Source: an uncultured Acidobacteriota bacterium (GTDB taxonomy: Bacteria; Acidobacteriota; Thermoanaerobaculia; Multivoradales; SZUA-115). Taken from it: a stretch of DNA of 64,000 bases. The stretch's first letter is position 1, and every line of letters starts with the position of its first letter. Made by a program: the position numbers and the translations under genes. This document shows, one piece after another, positions 35,001-44,677 of the stretch. The stretch spans positions 64,001-128,000 of the forward strand of contig CAWDVR010000002.1 of NCBI GenBank assembly GCA_963805975.1, read 5' to 3'. The notes beneath the pieces are model-generated. The model made no database searches and was not told the DNA's origin. It saw nothing but the letters and a program-made list of their open reading frames with translations.

Positions 35001-36978
35001 GAGCGATCGCCTGGCGCAGTGCGCTGGCATGCTCGGTCAGCCCCAGGTCGCCACCTCCGGTCGCGGTGATACGCCGGTTCCCCAGCTGTTGCAAGAAGGC
35101 GCGGGCACGGGCGCGCTCGGCATAGGAGAACGCCTCCGACACTTGCCCCTGCTCGATCAGCATCTGGATGATGGCGTCGTAGAAGACGTGACGGCCGCTG
35201 CCGAGGTAAGAGGACAGGAGATCCGTGTGGCGCAGCTCCTGCGCACCCCGCTCCATCACGGCAATCGCCTGGCGCAGCGTCGTGAGAGCTTGCGCGTGCC
35301 TGCCCTCGCGATAGTCGAGTGTCGCCAGAGCGGCCGACAGCAGGGCCGTCAGATCGGCATTCTCGAGCTTGCGGGCCTCTCCCAGTGCGTTCGACCAGTG
35401 GCTACGCGCCAAGTCGATTTTTCCGCTCTCCAGGGCAGCGTGGCCAAGATGGAACTCGGAAACGAGGGTGAGCTCAACGGGTTGCGCGCGCCTCTCGGTA
35501 GCGCCGTTCTGGGGAGGCGCCGCGGAGGGTGCGGTTAGTGCGCGATGTAGCTGATCGCGCCAGGGATCTTGCCCCGGGATCCTCTGCAAGAGCTCGGACA
35601 GCCGGGCTCGCAGCTGCCCGGCGTCGAGGCCGCCCGGCTGCCCGCTTTGGATCTCCGCCAGCAGGCTCAGCAGAGCCTGTGCCGGCATCCACTCGCTCTC
35701 GACCGCGGCCGCTTGCCCGCGCTCCAGCATCGAGCGCGCGCTCGCCTCGGATGCCAGCATGAAATAGACCTCCACCAGGGCAGCACTGGACGCGGCCTCG
35801 AGCAGGACCTGACCCCGTTGGCCGAAGATCGCGACCGCCTCTTCGAGGAACCGCGCGGCGTCTCCATAAGCACCCCGCTGGTAGGCCAGCTGGCCACGAT
35901 CCGACTGAATCGTCGCCAGCCGTAGGGAGTTCCCGCTGGCGCGAGCGCGGCCCAGGGCCTCGACCAGCGTCTGCTCCGCCTGGTCGAAGAGGTTCTGGTC
36001 GAGGTAGAGCGTGGCGCGACTTTCGAGTACCGATGCGTGACGTGCCGAGTCGCCGTCCTCGGTGGCCAGGGCCAGCGCCCGGTCGTTCCAGGACAGTGCA
36101 GGCCCGAAGTGGCCGGCCAGGGCGTCGATCTCGGCCAGCCGCCGGAGCGCGGCGATCTGCATCCGATGGTCCTTGGCGAAGGAGAACAAGCTGAACATGC
36201 CGGCGTTCTCGAGCGACTTCTCCAGATGCGCCTTGGCTTCTTCGAGTCGCCACTGTTGCCGTCGCAGCTCACCCCAAGCACCATCCAGCGACGTCACGAA
36301 CAGCCCCCCGAGAAGCTCCGACTTCGCTTGTGCCTGCTCGAGCTCTTGCTCGGCCTCCTCGATCCGGCCCAGGTCCAGGAGCACGAACACCCTTTCACCG
36401 CGCGCCGCTCCCTCCATCACGCTTGCCAGCATAGGTGTTATCAGCGCCAGCATCGGCCCGGCTCCTTCGAGCTGGCCGGTGGGGGCACCAAACAGTCGCC
36501 CCATCGCCAGGAAGCCCTCGAGCGAGGCCGGGCGCCCGGCAAGAGTGAGCTGATGGAGCTGCTCGATCGCGCTGTTGAAATGTGCCAACGCCCTCTCGCT
36601 GTGCCCCAACATGCGATCGGACATTCCCTGTATCACCAGCACCATGCTGGCGGCAAAGAGGTCGCCGCTACTGGCGAAGCGCGCCGACGACGCCTCGAAA
36701 TCCGCCGCCGCGCGGCGCTCGTCTTCTGCGGCGAGCGCGGTCAGTCCACGCACCAAAAGCGCCAGCGCCTCTCCTTGGCCATCGCCGATGCTGCGATAGA
36801 GCTCCAAGGCCTGCTCCACGCCTGCGACCGACTCTACCGAGCCCTGGAGCGCCCGCTGGACCTGGTCGCTCAGCAAGGCTTCGGCCCGTGCACGAATCTC
36901 CTCGGGAGATTCCGCCGCGAGTGGAACCGTGAGCAGGGTGAAGACGATGGACAGTGAAACCACGGTGGATCTCGACAT
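32056..36978 (-). CDS. Secreted TPR-CHAT-caspase(C14)-DUF4384-like multidomain protease
   Basis: Signal peptide, TPR-like helices, CHAT (PHGVLHYLPF, HLAAHG, LSACET, PYFWGAF), caspase (ALLVGIGEY, VASHG, LDACHSG). Confidence 0.9.
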   Translation of the reverse strand: MSRSTVVSLSIVFTLLTVPLAAESPEEIRARAEALLSDQVQRALQGSVESVAGVEQALELYRSIGDGQGEALALLVRGLTALAAEDERRAAADFEASSARFASSGDLFAASMVLVIQGMSDRMLGHSERALAHFNSAIEQLHQLTLAGRPASLEGFLAMGRLFGAPTGQLEGAGPMLALITPMLASVMEGAARGERVFVLLDLGRIEEAEQELEQAQAKSELLGGLFVTSLDGAWGELRRQQWRLEEAKAHLEKSLENAGMFSLFSFAKDHRMQIAALRRLAEIDALAGHFGPALSWNDRALALATEDGDSARHASVLESRATLYLDQNLFDQAEQTLVEALGRARASGNSLRLATIQSDRGQLAYQRGAYGDAARFLEEAVAIFGQRGQVLLEAASSAALVEVYFMLASEASARSMLERGQAAAVESEWMPAQALLSLLAEIQSGQPGGLDAGQLRARLSELLQRIPGQDPWRDQLHRALTAPSAAPPQNGATERRAQPVELTLVSEFHLGHAALESGKIDLARSHWSNALGEARKLENADLTALLSAALATLDYREGRHAQALTTLRQAIAVMERGAQELRHTDLLSSYLGSGRHVFYDAIIQMLIEQGQVSEAFSYAERARARAFLQQLGNRRITATGGGDLGLTEHASALRQAIARWERELPSAAGAERLHLERDIGHAKADLEGLMTRIKVTSPEYAALVTIEPLDLAAVQQSLAPAESLVSYFISGTRAHVWVANRTSLEHVALDLGTAGIEDVLCFSAALGRDAGSATRGAEVISGCPDDLERATRLYRRLFSPLKTKLGSTRVVLVPHGVLHYLPFATLRDPDTGRYLLEDYTLSYLPSASALPFLRAKETSFEGRALVLGAPAATDPRLPLLPGAAAEARQVAEIWGTRPWLDGEATESKLHGLGGKIDLVHLAAHGLYNANSSSFTRIALAPDEAQDGNLEVHELLSGVDLSGVNLVMLSACETALGKRSAGDEVASLARAILYSGSPAVVSTLWKIDDLAAAELTVSFYRLLRAGQPASEALRQAQLALLADERFRAPYFWGAFTLTGEMAPPPPEPEAAVLPAPRAARGPAARRALLVGIGEYPAGSGWRRIASEQDVVLMRTTLESRGFSPSAIRELLNRDATRAGIVSAVEQALIEPSRPGDLALLFVASHGRLLPDDEPGDELDGYDEALVPYDAPVDEAPGALGEGIERYLRDDALGELLERLRRRLGPTGQVVVLLDACHSGTGARGEDMISGLVDGVRGMKIHEEGLAPLIVLSASRSGERALEVKRHDLERVGSLTWAISRELAQDPPPLTYRELAERARAALRGKVSNVLQAEGVLDSPLFLEAPMTWQLPYFTVIPIAGKDRWVRLRPGLLAGLTVGSELEIHPAGASGPAVGDPLTGARISEASPYEAIAELASPVAYDELVTARAFLVRDTATDLAPRLALNRYLRRLDLYDARLHTELEVVPVDFLDCPDPTTGTRQSCRVVAHPREQVRTLGEEIELPLDSLFELRITGSDDAAFISVLDLMSDGDIAVIWPPPGARERASAKPRPRTLNEVFQVTKPLGVDVLLLIASAEPIDFSPLRLPRLSGLSRGERERLGPLAPLLDEAFLQRGKAPDLTAVALSTSRQAIRIVEAPQRP

Positions 36979-37002
36979 GGATGACCTCTCGGTTCGCCGA
37001 GC

Positions 37003-39771
37003 TCAGCGAGACAGGACGAAAGCGCCCGCTCCGAGGACAGCATCGACGAGCGAACGCGTGCGGCGGAGCCGGATCAGCTCCTCGCGCTGCACCTCTGCAA
37101 ACGCCCGCCGGGGGTCGGAGGTCGCGAAGAGTCGCGGATAGAAGCGCTCCATGAAGGCGTAGGCATCGGCATCATGGATCCGCCAAAGTGAGAACAGCAG
37201 GTGTTGTGCACCCGCGAGCCGGAAGCCGTGACGAAGCCCCAGTACCCCTTCTCCATTCGGCGCCTCTCCCAGGCCCGTTTCACAGGCCGACAAGACGCAG
37301 AGCCAGGTGCGCGTGAGGTCCAGGCCGGCGATCTCGTCGGCGTTCAGGAAACCGTCGTGGTCCGGCGCGAGGGCTTCTGCACTCTCCGGCTTCTGCTGGG
37401 CGAGGTGGAGGTAGCCCCGCAGCAGGGGAGAGCGAGCGCTGGCCGGCGCCGCCGTGGACGGTAATCGCAGGAAGCTGCCGTGAGTTGCAAAGTGCAGGAC
37501 ACGCGCCGACGGTTGTCGCGCAACCACCTCTTCACGGGCCTGGTCACCAGTCAGCACACGAGCCTGCCAGCCCTGTTGCTTGGCCACGGACGCCACGAAA
37601 CGGGCCTCGCTTTCGGGCAATGCCAGCCGCGCGTCGTTTCTCCCGACGGCCAGCAGCGTCTTCTCGGCTGCCGACACAGCCGGCTGGAGAAGCTGGCGGC
37701 CGGAGGTGATGTACAGGATAGTGAAGTCTTCGGCGACGAAGCGATCATCCTCTCCCGGCAGTGCGGCCCACGGCACGAAGTGTAGCGCTGCGTCCGGGCT
37801 GAGGATGACAGCTTGCGTGCCTTCCGGAAGCGCCGTGGCCAAGGGCTGCCAGAACCGACGATGGAGCCGGCGCAGGGTGGCGAGAAAAGCCTCGGTGTCC
37901 TCACACGGCCCGGAAGCCTCCGAGCCGCGCCCGCGGATCGCCAGGCAATCTCCCAGCCGGGCGATCTGCTCTTCGATCTCGGCTGCGGCTCCCAGCAGAA
38001 TCCAGCGTGGGCTCCGGTTGGCGGAGATGAGCAACGCCCCATAGTGCGGTACCAGCCGGCGGTTGGCATCCAACTGCTCGAAGCGCACCATCTCGATCAA
38101 GACCTGCCGTGGCTCAAGGGCTGCCTGCACGCGCTCGAGGTCGACGTCGAACACCCGCTCGACCACCGGCATGCTCAGCGACTTGGCGAGCGCCGTCTCC
38201 TCCGCTTCGAGCCTGCGCTCCAGGAGCTCGAAGCCGGGGACGTCGACCTTCTTGCCGGTGCCCTCGCCGAGCTTGGCCATGAGCTCCCGCTTGAGGGCGC
38301 GGATGCGGTCCAATCGCTCGCGGTCGCCCGCCTGTGTGCTGCGCCGCGCCAAGGCGCGCTCGTAGAACAACGATGCAGAGACGGCTCCCTTCATCGTCAG
38401 CACGGCGTCGGCGAGCGGACGTGGCTCGCCCAGGTTCGCCAGCAGGTCATACGGGAACGTCTGTTTCCGATAGCTCAAGCGCTGGGCCTCGGAGCCAAAG
38501 CTCAGGATCTGTCCCAGGTGCTTCCGGTCGAGCACCATCGCCGCTTCGGCAAGTTTCCTGGCCTGATCCGAATCGCCACGCTGCTGCGCGATCACGGCCC
38601 GCCCTTTCATCAGGGCCGCCGAGAGCGGGTGCTGTTGCGATCCGTGAGCGGCCCACAGATTCTCGGCACGTAGCAGAAGCTGATCCGCCTCGGCGAGATC
38701 GTTCTCGGCCAGCGCCATCATCGCGAGATTCGACAGCGAGGCCACCAGCTTGGCCGGCGCGGTGCCGGCCTGGGCTTCGAGAATCGCCAGCGCTTCTCCC
38801 AGATGTTGCTTCGCCCGGCCGACATCACCGGCTTCGAGGGCAACCAGCGCGAGGTTTCCCAGCACGGTTGCTCGCTCTTCGCTTTTCGGGTGCGTGAGAT
38901 CGACCGCCTGCAGCAATCTCGCCTCGGCCTCCTGGAATCGCTCGAGGCCACGCAGGGCCTCGCCGAGATCGTTGAACAGAGCGAGCCGAACCTTGGCATC
39001 GGGTGCGGGCGAGCCTGCCAGGAGCTTCTCGTCGATCGCGCGGGCCCGCTCGTGATCGCCCATCGTCAGACGCAGCGCTGCCCAGTTGTGCTGGGTGATC
39101 ACGAGCTCTCTTGTCCGACTTGGCCCGAGCCCCTCGAGCAAGGCGATCGCTTCGAGGTAGGCGGCATCGGCCTGCTCCCAATCTCCCAAATGGGTAGCCG
39201 CGCTGGCCAGGTTCTGCCAGACAATCGCCCGCTCGGCTGCGCGGGATGGCGCGGGCAGAGCTTCTAAGGCGCGGGCGAAGATCTCGGCTGCCGCATCGAT
39301 CTCGCCCCACTGGAGGCGGATCATGCCCATGTTGTTGTAGAGCCAGCCGAGGTCCGGGCGCCCCGCGACCTGTGCTTCGAGGATGCGTCGCGCCTGCTCG
39401 TAGTAGGTCTGGGCACGGTCGAGATCGCCGATGGCGCCGTAGAGCTGTGCCAGAAAACCGAGGCTGCGTCCGACTGCGGCACTGTTCTCACCCTGAAGAG
39501 TGCGTGCTGCCTGCGTGAGCACCTCGAGCGCGGGAATCGCCGCCGCCGCGGATTCGCGGGGCACGGCGGGCAGCCCTGGGATGTTCACAAAGCCGCCGCC
39601 TTCTCCTGCTGCAGCGGCGGGTATGGGCCTGCGGGCTTCGAGTCGCTCGGCCGCTGTGCGGGTAGCCCGGACAGCCCAGATCAACACTCCCGTGCCCAGG
39701 ACTAGCAGAGGCAACAGGCAGCCCAGGCAGAACACCTTGAGCACGCGCCGCAGCCGTATCGCCTTGCTCAT
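37003..39771 (-). CDS. Membrane-anchored TPR-CHAT protease
   Basis: N-terminal TM, TPR repeats (YNNMG, WQNLA, LSNLA), SPDAALHFVPW, HFATHG, LSACETG. Confidence 0.9.
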   Translation of the reverse strand: MSKAIRLRRVLKVFCLGCLLPLLVLGTGVLIWAVRATRTAAERLEARRPIPAAAAGEGGGFVNIPGLPAVPRESAAAAIPALEVLTQAARTLQGENSAAVGRSLGFLAQLYGAIGDLDRAQTYYEQARRILEAQVAGRPDLGWLYNNMGMIRLQWGEIDAAAEIFARALEALPAPSRAAERAIVWQNLASAATHLGDWEQADAAYLEAIALLEGLGPSRTRELVITQHNWAALRLTMGDHERARAIDEKLLAGSPAPDAKVRLALFNDLGEALRGLERFQEAEARLLQAVDLTHPKSEERATVLGNLALVALEAGDVGRAKQHLGEALAILEAQAGTAPAKLVASLSNLAMMALAENDLAEADQLLLRAENLWAAHGSQQHPLSAALMKGRAVIAQQRGDSDQARKLAEAAMVLDRKHLGQILSFGSEAQRLSYRKQTFPYDLLANLGEPRPLADAVLTMKGAVSASLFYERALARRSTQAGDRERLDRIRALKRELMAKLGEGTGKKVDVPGFELLERRLEAEETALAKSLSMPVVERVFDVDLERVQAALEPRQVLIEMVRFEQLDANRRLVPHYGALLISANRSPRWILLGAAAEIEEQIARLGDCLAIRGRGSEASGPCEDTEAFLATLRRLHRRFWQPLATALPEGTQAVILSPDAALHFVPWAALPGEDDRFVAEDFTILYITSGRQLLQPAVSAAEKTLLAVGRNDARLALPESEARFVASVAKQQGWQARVLTGDQAREEVVARQPSARVLHFATHGSFLRLPSTAAPASARSPLLRGYLHLAQQKPESAEALAPDHDGFLNADEIAGLDLTRTWLCVLSACETGLGEAPNGEGVLGLRHGFRLAGAQHLLFSLWRIHDADAYAFMERFYPRLFATSDPRRAFAEVQREELIRLRRTRSLVDAVLGAGAFVLSR

Positions 39772-39832
39772 CCTCGTGCCTTCCACGCTTCCGAAGACAC
39801 GCCAAGAGCACTTTCAGGGGGTGCGGCCGGAC

Positions 39833-40642
39833 CTATGCGGGCGGAATCTCGATCCGGTCGGCGAAGACCTGCGCTTCCGTTCCGGACGAAGAGATACCGA
39901 CGACACGGATCTCGTAGCGCCCCGGGGCCAGCGCCGCCCTGGAAAGGGCCACTGAAAAAGTGGCATCGGGCAGCAGCTTCAGCCCTGACCGGCTCCACAG
40001 AGGCTGCTCTCCCATGCGATCCATCGAGCGCACTTCCAGACGGTAGTCGTCGTAGGGTTGTGGATCCAGAGTCGCCAGCTGGAGAAAGAGCACATCGCCG
40101 CTCCCTTCCAGTCGTCGGGGCGCGACCTCCACGGGTGAGGAGCCACGCGGTGCCAGCGGTGCCAATCGGTGGAATTCGACATTGATCTGAACGCCCGAGG
40201 TCGCGGCCAGGCGCTGCTCAGCCCCCAGTCGCCCGGCCCGCTCCTGATACCCCCAGAGCGCGAGCCCCAGGATCGCCAACAGCGAGGCTGCCAGCAGGGC
40301 GAGAGCGGGAAGACGGCGATCTCGACGGTCCGGCCCACGCTGCCGCGCACCGGACCGGATGCGGCCCTGGATCTTCTTCCAATCCTGCGCCAGCTCCTCG
40401 GGCGATAGATGACCGGGCTCCCCTCGAGTCGCGGCGGGAGGAAAGGCGGCGAATTGGCTCGCCAGCAGCGCAGCTTCCGGATCGAGGGCAATCGCCTCTT
40501 CGACCCGCTCGCGCTCTTCTGCGGCGAGCTCGTCATTGAGGTATGCGAAAATATCTTCGGCACTAACCTTCATTTCGGGTCGCCGGCGCAGCTCGGCGGC
40601 CAAACCCTCGAGAGCGACCGAAAGTTCTTTGTTTCGCTTCAC
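39833..40642 (-). CDS. Putative anti-sigma factor (ASD-like N-terminus, one TM, extracytoplasmic Ig-like domain)
   Basis: Directly downstream of the ECF sigma gene; AYLNDELAAEERERVEE resembles the zf-HC2/ASD helix pair; TM LALLAASLLAILGLALW; LAPGRYEIRV. Confidence 0.75.
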   Translation of the reverse strand: MKRNKELSVALEGLAAELRRRPEMKVSAEDIFAYLNDELAAEERERVEEAIALDPEAALLASQFAAFPPAATRGEPGHLSPEELAQDWKKIQGRIRSGARQRGPDRRDRRLPALALLAASLLAILGLALWGYQERAGRLGAEQRLAATSGVQINVEFHRLAPLAPRGSSPVEVAPRRLEGSGDVLFLQLATLDPQPYDDYRLEVRSMDRMGEQPLWSRSGLKLLPDATFSVALSRAALAPGRYEIRVVGISSSGTEAQVFADRIEIPPA

Positions 40643-40665
40643 GGCGTCTCCTCCCCTTCCTCGGA

Positions 40666-41223
40666 CTAGTCGAGGCGCAGCCGCGTGCCGCTCAGCATCC
40701 GTTTCAGGGTCTTCAGAGCATCATGGCGCAGACTCTTGACCGTCTCGACCGAGATCGCAAGCAGCTCCGCGATCTCTTTGTAGCTGTGATCCTGATTCTG
40801 CAGCAGGATCACGTGTCGCTGACGGGGCGAGAGCTCCTTGATCGCAGTCCGCAGCAGCCCGAGTGCCTCTTCGATCTCCAGCTTCTTGTCGGCCGGCATA
40901 TCCTGACTTAGCAGCTGCCAAGAAATCAGCATTTCGCCCGGCAAGCTCGATTCCGCATCGATTGCAACCCTCTGACCACTACGCATCTTGGCTCTCCGGT
41001 AGCGAATCTCGTTGGACCAGACGCCGTGGATGATCGTAAAGAGCCATGTCTTCTCGGAAGATTCGTCGCGGAACGTGCCACGGTATTGATAGACACGTAC
41101 AAAAACATCTTGTGCTAGATCGCGAGCCTCGTCCTTGGAGCAGCCGCGGGCGACAAAGAAAGCCACGACGCGCGGATACCACGCCGCATAGAAGCGTTCG
41201 AACCACTGGTCATCTCTGTTCAC
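40666..41223 (-). CDS. ECF RNA polymerase sigma factor
   Basis: Region 2 (ARDLAQDVFVRVY, TWLFTI) and region 4 (LSPRQR, SYKEIAELLAISVETVKS); 185 aa. Confidence 0.93.
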   Translation of the reverse strand: MNRDDQWFERFYAAWYPRVVAFFVARGCSKDEARDLAQDVFVRVYQYRGTFRDESSEKTWLFTIIHGVWSNEIRYRRAKMRSGQRVAIDAESSLPGEMLISWQLLSQDMPADKKLEIEEALGLLRTAIKELSPRQRHVILLQNQDHSYKEIAELLAISVETVKSLRHDALKTLKRMLSGTRLRLD

Positions 41224-41410
41224 GGGCCCTCCGCTGAATCGATCCTAGCAGTATTCCGCCAGCCCTCTTCGTGCTGGGTTGGCAACCTTCGAGCACGCAC
41301 ACTTTCTGCTAGCCTCTGAGAAAGCAATTTCGACCATCCAAGATGCAGCCTGCCCCCTCGCCAGCGACGCTCTGGAACTGACCGGCATTGCCGTGGAGGT
41401 ATCTAGATCC

Positions 41411-44400
41411 ATGAGATTCGGCCTTTGGGTCCCGACCAGTCTGATCGTCCTCCTCGGCTCTGCTTGCATCGGTCGCTCTCCCGCCGACGAGAGGGCGTCG
41501 ATGGAGCCGCTCGCCCGTCCTTTTCCGGTACGTCTCTCCGTCCCGACCACGTATCTCCCTTGCGCGCTCGACGTGGCTCCGGGCCCTCTCCCGCGCAATC
41601 CGCGATGTCCGGAGCCGTCCACTGCAGCCCCCCCCTCTTCCGTTCACGATGTGTCTATAGACACGGCTGAGCAAGCTCGCGGGGTAGCGGGTAGCCATCG
41701 CAGCGCCATCGCGGCGCTGCTCAAGGCCAGTGAGTCTTACGACTTCGAGGAGGCGTTCTCGTTGTTCGAGGCCGAGCTTCAGAATTCGAGCTCCGCGGCG
41801 CTGCTGAACGATTTCGCAGCGGCCCATTGGGTGCGGTCCCAACAGCTCGATCAACCGGTGGACCTCGTGCGGAGCTTGGAATTGGTCCGGCAAGCGGTCG
41901 AGGCCGACGAGAGCTTCGCCCCGGCAATGTTCAACGCCGGCCTGCTCTGTCGATCCCTGGGGCTTTCTTGGTGCGAGCGCGAGGCCTGGGAGCGCTACTT
42001 GCGATTGGACTCGGACCCTTCCTCGCCGTGGGCGCAAGAGGCTCGCCAGCACCAAGCCCGGCTCGCATGGCCGTCGCTCCAATCCCTGGCACAAGCAAAG
42101 ATGGGACTCGAAGAGGCTGTCACCAAGCGTGACTCGGTGCGCCTGCGCCACTTGGTGGCTTCACACCCGGGAACCGCCGAAGCGTGGGCGCTGGACGTTC
42201 TTCTCGGCAAATGGGCTGCGGCCGTGGAGCAAAAGCAGGCGGCTCACGCCGCCGCGCTGCTCGCCGATGCGCGGCTCATCGCCGATGAGACCGGGGCCAC
42301 TCGTCGCAATCGCCCGCTGTCGGCTGCGGTGGCGGCCATCGAGCGTGCCGGGCAAACAGACTCCGAGGCGGCTCGCCTCGCATCCCTCGTCCGCGGCCAC
42401 GCGTCCTACGCTCGAGGCATACAGCGATTCACCACCGATTACGAGCCTGCCGCTCGACACTTCACCGCCGCGCGACAGGCGCTCGCGCAGGGCGGCAGTC
42501 CGTTCGCCCTCGTCGCAGAGCTCCAACGCATCACGTGCCTGATGCGCAACAACGAGTACGAACGCGGGCTCGATGCACTTCGTCGCCTCGAGCGTGAAGA
42601 GGGTATTTTGCCGCCCGCGCTCGGCGGGCGAGTGTATTGGCTGCGCAGTTTTGCCGAAACCCATCAGCGACGGCTTCTCGAAGCCATCGATTCGTACCGC
42701 CAGGCGGTCGCTCTCTACGAACAGGCGGAAGACGCCTCGAGCCTTTTCTGGGCAGAGTGGCGGCTCGCCGAGCTGCTCGACTTGGTCGGGCAGACCGAGG
42801 TGGCATGGCAGCACCGCTATCGTGAGCTGGCACGCCTCGGGAGCATAGAAGACCTGCGAGGTCGCACGTGGGCTCTCAGCGAAGCTTCGGCGGCCGTTCT
42901 CGGCCTGAATGCCAAGCACTCCGCAAAGCTCCTGCACACGGAGGCCGTTCAGGTCGGCCGACTCGCGGGAGACGATTTGATCCTCGCCGAAGCGCTCCGG
43001 AAGAGCGCCGACGTCGCGCTAGCCAGCGGCCAGCCCGAGGAAGCTCGTGAGGCCGTGCAGGAAGCCTCCCGCATTGCCAGCGACTTCGGTCAAGGCAATG
43101 CCTCTGACGCCGTCGAGCTCAAGATTCTCCAAATCGAGGGACGCTTGGCGCTGCCTTCGGAGCCAGCTCGAGCGCTGGCCAAGTTCGAAGCGGCGAGCGC
43201 GCTTGCCCGTACTCTCGGCCAAACGATTTATCTCCCCGAGCTGCACGCTGAGCGTGCCGAGGCGCTGGGACTGCTGCACCGCTTCGCCGAGCGCGAGGAG
43301 GCGCTCGATGCCGCCGTACTGCTGGTCGAAGAGGAATGGGAGGCGGCGCTCAAAGAGCGTTCTCCGGGCGATTACGAGGCGCTGTGGCCAACTTATTTCG
43401 GCCCGGGCCGAAAATCTTTCGATCGCCTCATCGAGGCGTTGGTTCTCGAAGGAAAGTTGGACCGCGCCCTCACGGTTGCCGAGCGTGCCCGGGCCCGCGA
43501 GGTCCTCGACCTGCTACGCGATCCGGCGGCATTGCAGAGTGGTCTGAGGAGTTTTTTCCGGGGCGAAACCCGTCCGTTGACCGTAGCGGAGCTGATCGCC
43601 CGGCTTCCCCCCAAAACGGCCGTGGTCGAGTTCGCGCTGACGGAGGATCGGCTGTTCACCTGGGTGCTGGCGCGGGACGGAGTCCGATTTTTCCACGAGC
43701 AGCCGGCCGGGCCGGTGCTGGCGCAGGAGATCGAGAGCGCGATCGACGCTATCCGCTCGAGCACGCAGCAGTTTGAGATCGAAAGGCGTCTGGCCGCGCC
43801 CTTCGATCGCCTGATCAGGCCGCTCGACGGTTACCTCCGAGAGGCGGAACACCTGGTCTTCATCCCGGACGGCGCTCTCCATGCCTTGCCGTTCGCAGCG
43901 CTCTACGACCGTTCGACACGCCGTTTCCTGATCGAGAGCCATCCTGTGGCCATCACCCCCAGCGCGACGCTCTATGCCTACGCCCTGGAGCGCAATCGCG
44001 AGCTCGCCGCCATCGAGCGCCGGGCCCCGAAGAGTGAGCCTGGGCTCTTGGCCGTCTGCGACCCCGCCTTTCCGGCCGAGAAGTTCCCTGCCCTGAGCCG
44101 CCTCTCGGGCGCGGCCGCCGAGTGCACTGCCGTCGCCGAGCAATATCCGAGCTCGACCCTTCTGGCCGGCGAGACGGCGACGAAACGCCAGTTCCTGACG
44201 GAGCTGAGCCGGCACTCGGTGCTTCACTTCGCCGGCCATGCCATCGGGCACCCGTCGGCAGCCTACATCGTGCTGGCGGCGGACTCGTCGGACGAGCTCG
44301 GCATCCTGTACGCCAGCGATCTTCTTTCCCGGGAGACCGGTCGGACCCGCATCGCCGTTCTTTCGGCTTGCAGCTCGGTTGCCGAGCAGGCGGCGCGCGG

Positions 44401-44674
44401 GCAGGGGGTGGCCGCGCTCGTTCGGCCGCTGATGGGCGCCGGAATTCCGGCGGTGGTCGGGACACTGTGGAAGGTGGACGATCAAGCGACGCTCCATTGG
44501 GCCCGGTCGTTCCATCACCACCTGCTCGCCGGTGACGATGCCGCGCGCGCCATGCAGGCGGCACAGCTCGATCTATTGCACGCCAAGCAGCTCAAGCTTC
44601 AGCTACCTCAGTCCTGGGCAGCGTTCCAGCTGGTGGGATATGCCTCTTTTTTGGAGGAGAACAAGGAGGAGTAG
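41411..44674 (+). CDS. Exported (possible lipoprotein) TPR-CHAT protease
   Basis: SD GGAGG then MRFGLWVPTSLIVLLGSAC (lipobox-like); IPDGALHALPF, HFAGHA, LSACSS, WAAFQLVG. Confidence 0.88.
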   Translation: MRFGLWVPTSLIVLLGSACIGRSPADERASMEPLARPFPVRLSVPTTYLPCALDVAPGPLPRNPRCPEPSTAAPPSSVHDVSIDTAEQARGVAGSHRSAIAALLKASESYDFEEAFSLFEAELQNSSSAALLNDFAAAHWVRSQQLDQPVDLVRSLELVRQAVEADESFAPAMFNAGLLCRSLGLSWCEREAWERYLRLDSDPSSPWAQEARQHQARLAWPSLQSLAQAKMGLEEAVTKRDSVRLRHLVASHPGTAEAWALDVLLGKWAAAVEQKQAAHAAALLADARLIADETGATRRNRPLSAAVAAIERAGQTDSEAARLASLVRGHASYARGIQRFTTDYEPAARHFTAARQALAQGGSPFALVAELQRITCLMRNNEYERGLDALRRLEREEGILPPALGGRVYWLRSFAETHQRRLLEAIDSYRQAVALYEQAEDASSLFWAEWRLAELLDLVGQTEVAWQHRYRELARLGSIEDLRGRTWALSEASAAVLGLNAKHSAKLLHTEAVQVGRLAGDDLILAEALRKSADVALASGQPEEAREAVQEASRIASDFGQGNASDAVELKILQIEGRLALPSEPARALAKFEAASALARTLGQTIYLPELHAERAEALGLLHRFAEREEALDAAVLLVEEEWEAALKERSPGDYEALWPTYFGPGRKSFDRLIEALVLEGKLDRALTVAERARAREVLDLLRDPAALQSGLRSFFRGETRPLTVAELIARLPPKTAVVEFALTEDRLFTWVLARDGVRFFHEQPAGPVLAQEIESAIDAIRSSTQQFEIERRLAAPFDRLIRPLDGYLREAEHLVFIPDGALHALPFAALYDRSTRRFLIESHPVAITPSATLYAYALERNRELAAIERRAPKSEPGLLAVCDPAFPAEKFPALSRLSGAAAECTAVAEQYPSSTLLAGETATKRQFLTELSRHSVLHFAGHAIGHPSAAYIVLAADSSDELGILYASDLLSRETGRTRIAVLSACSSVAEQAARGQGVAALVRPLMGAGIPAVVGTLWKVDDQATLHWARSFHHHLLAGDDAARAMQAAQLDLLHAKQLKLQLPQSWAAFQLVGYASFLEENKEE

Positions 44675-44677
44675 GAA

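Noticed and set aside
41279-41296. sigma54-like TGGCAACCTTCGAGC upstream of the divergent CHAT, and the TTG start at 41279
   Set aside because: Lacks TTGC at -12; ATG 41411 has a good SD and starts a signal peptide
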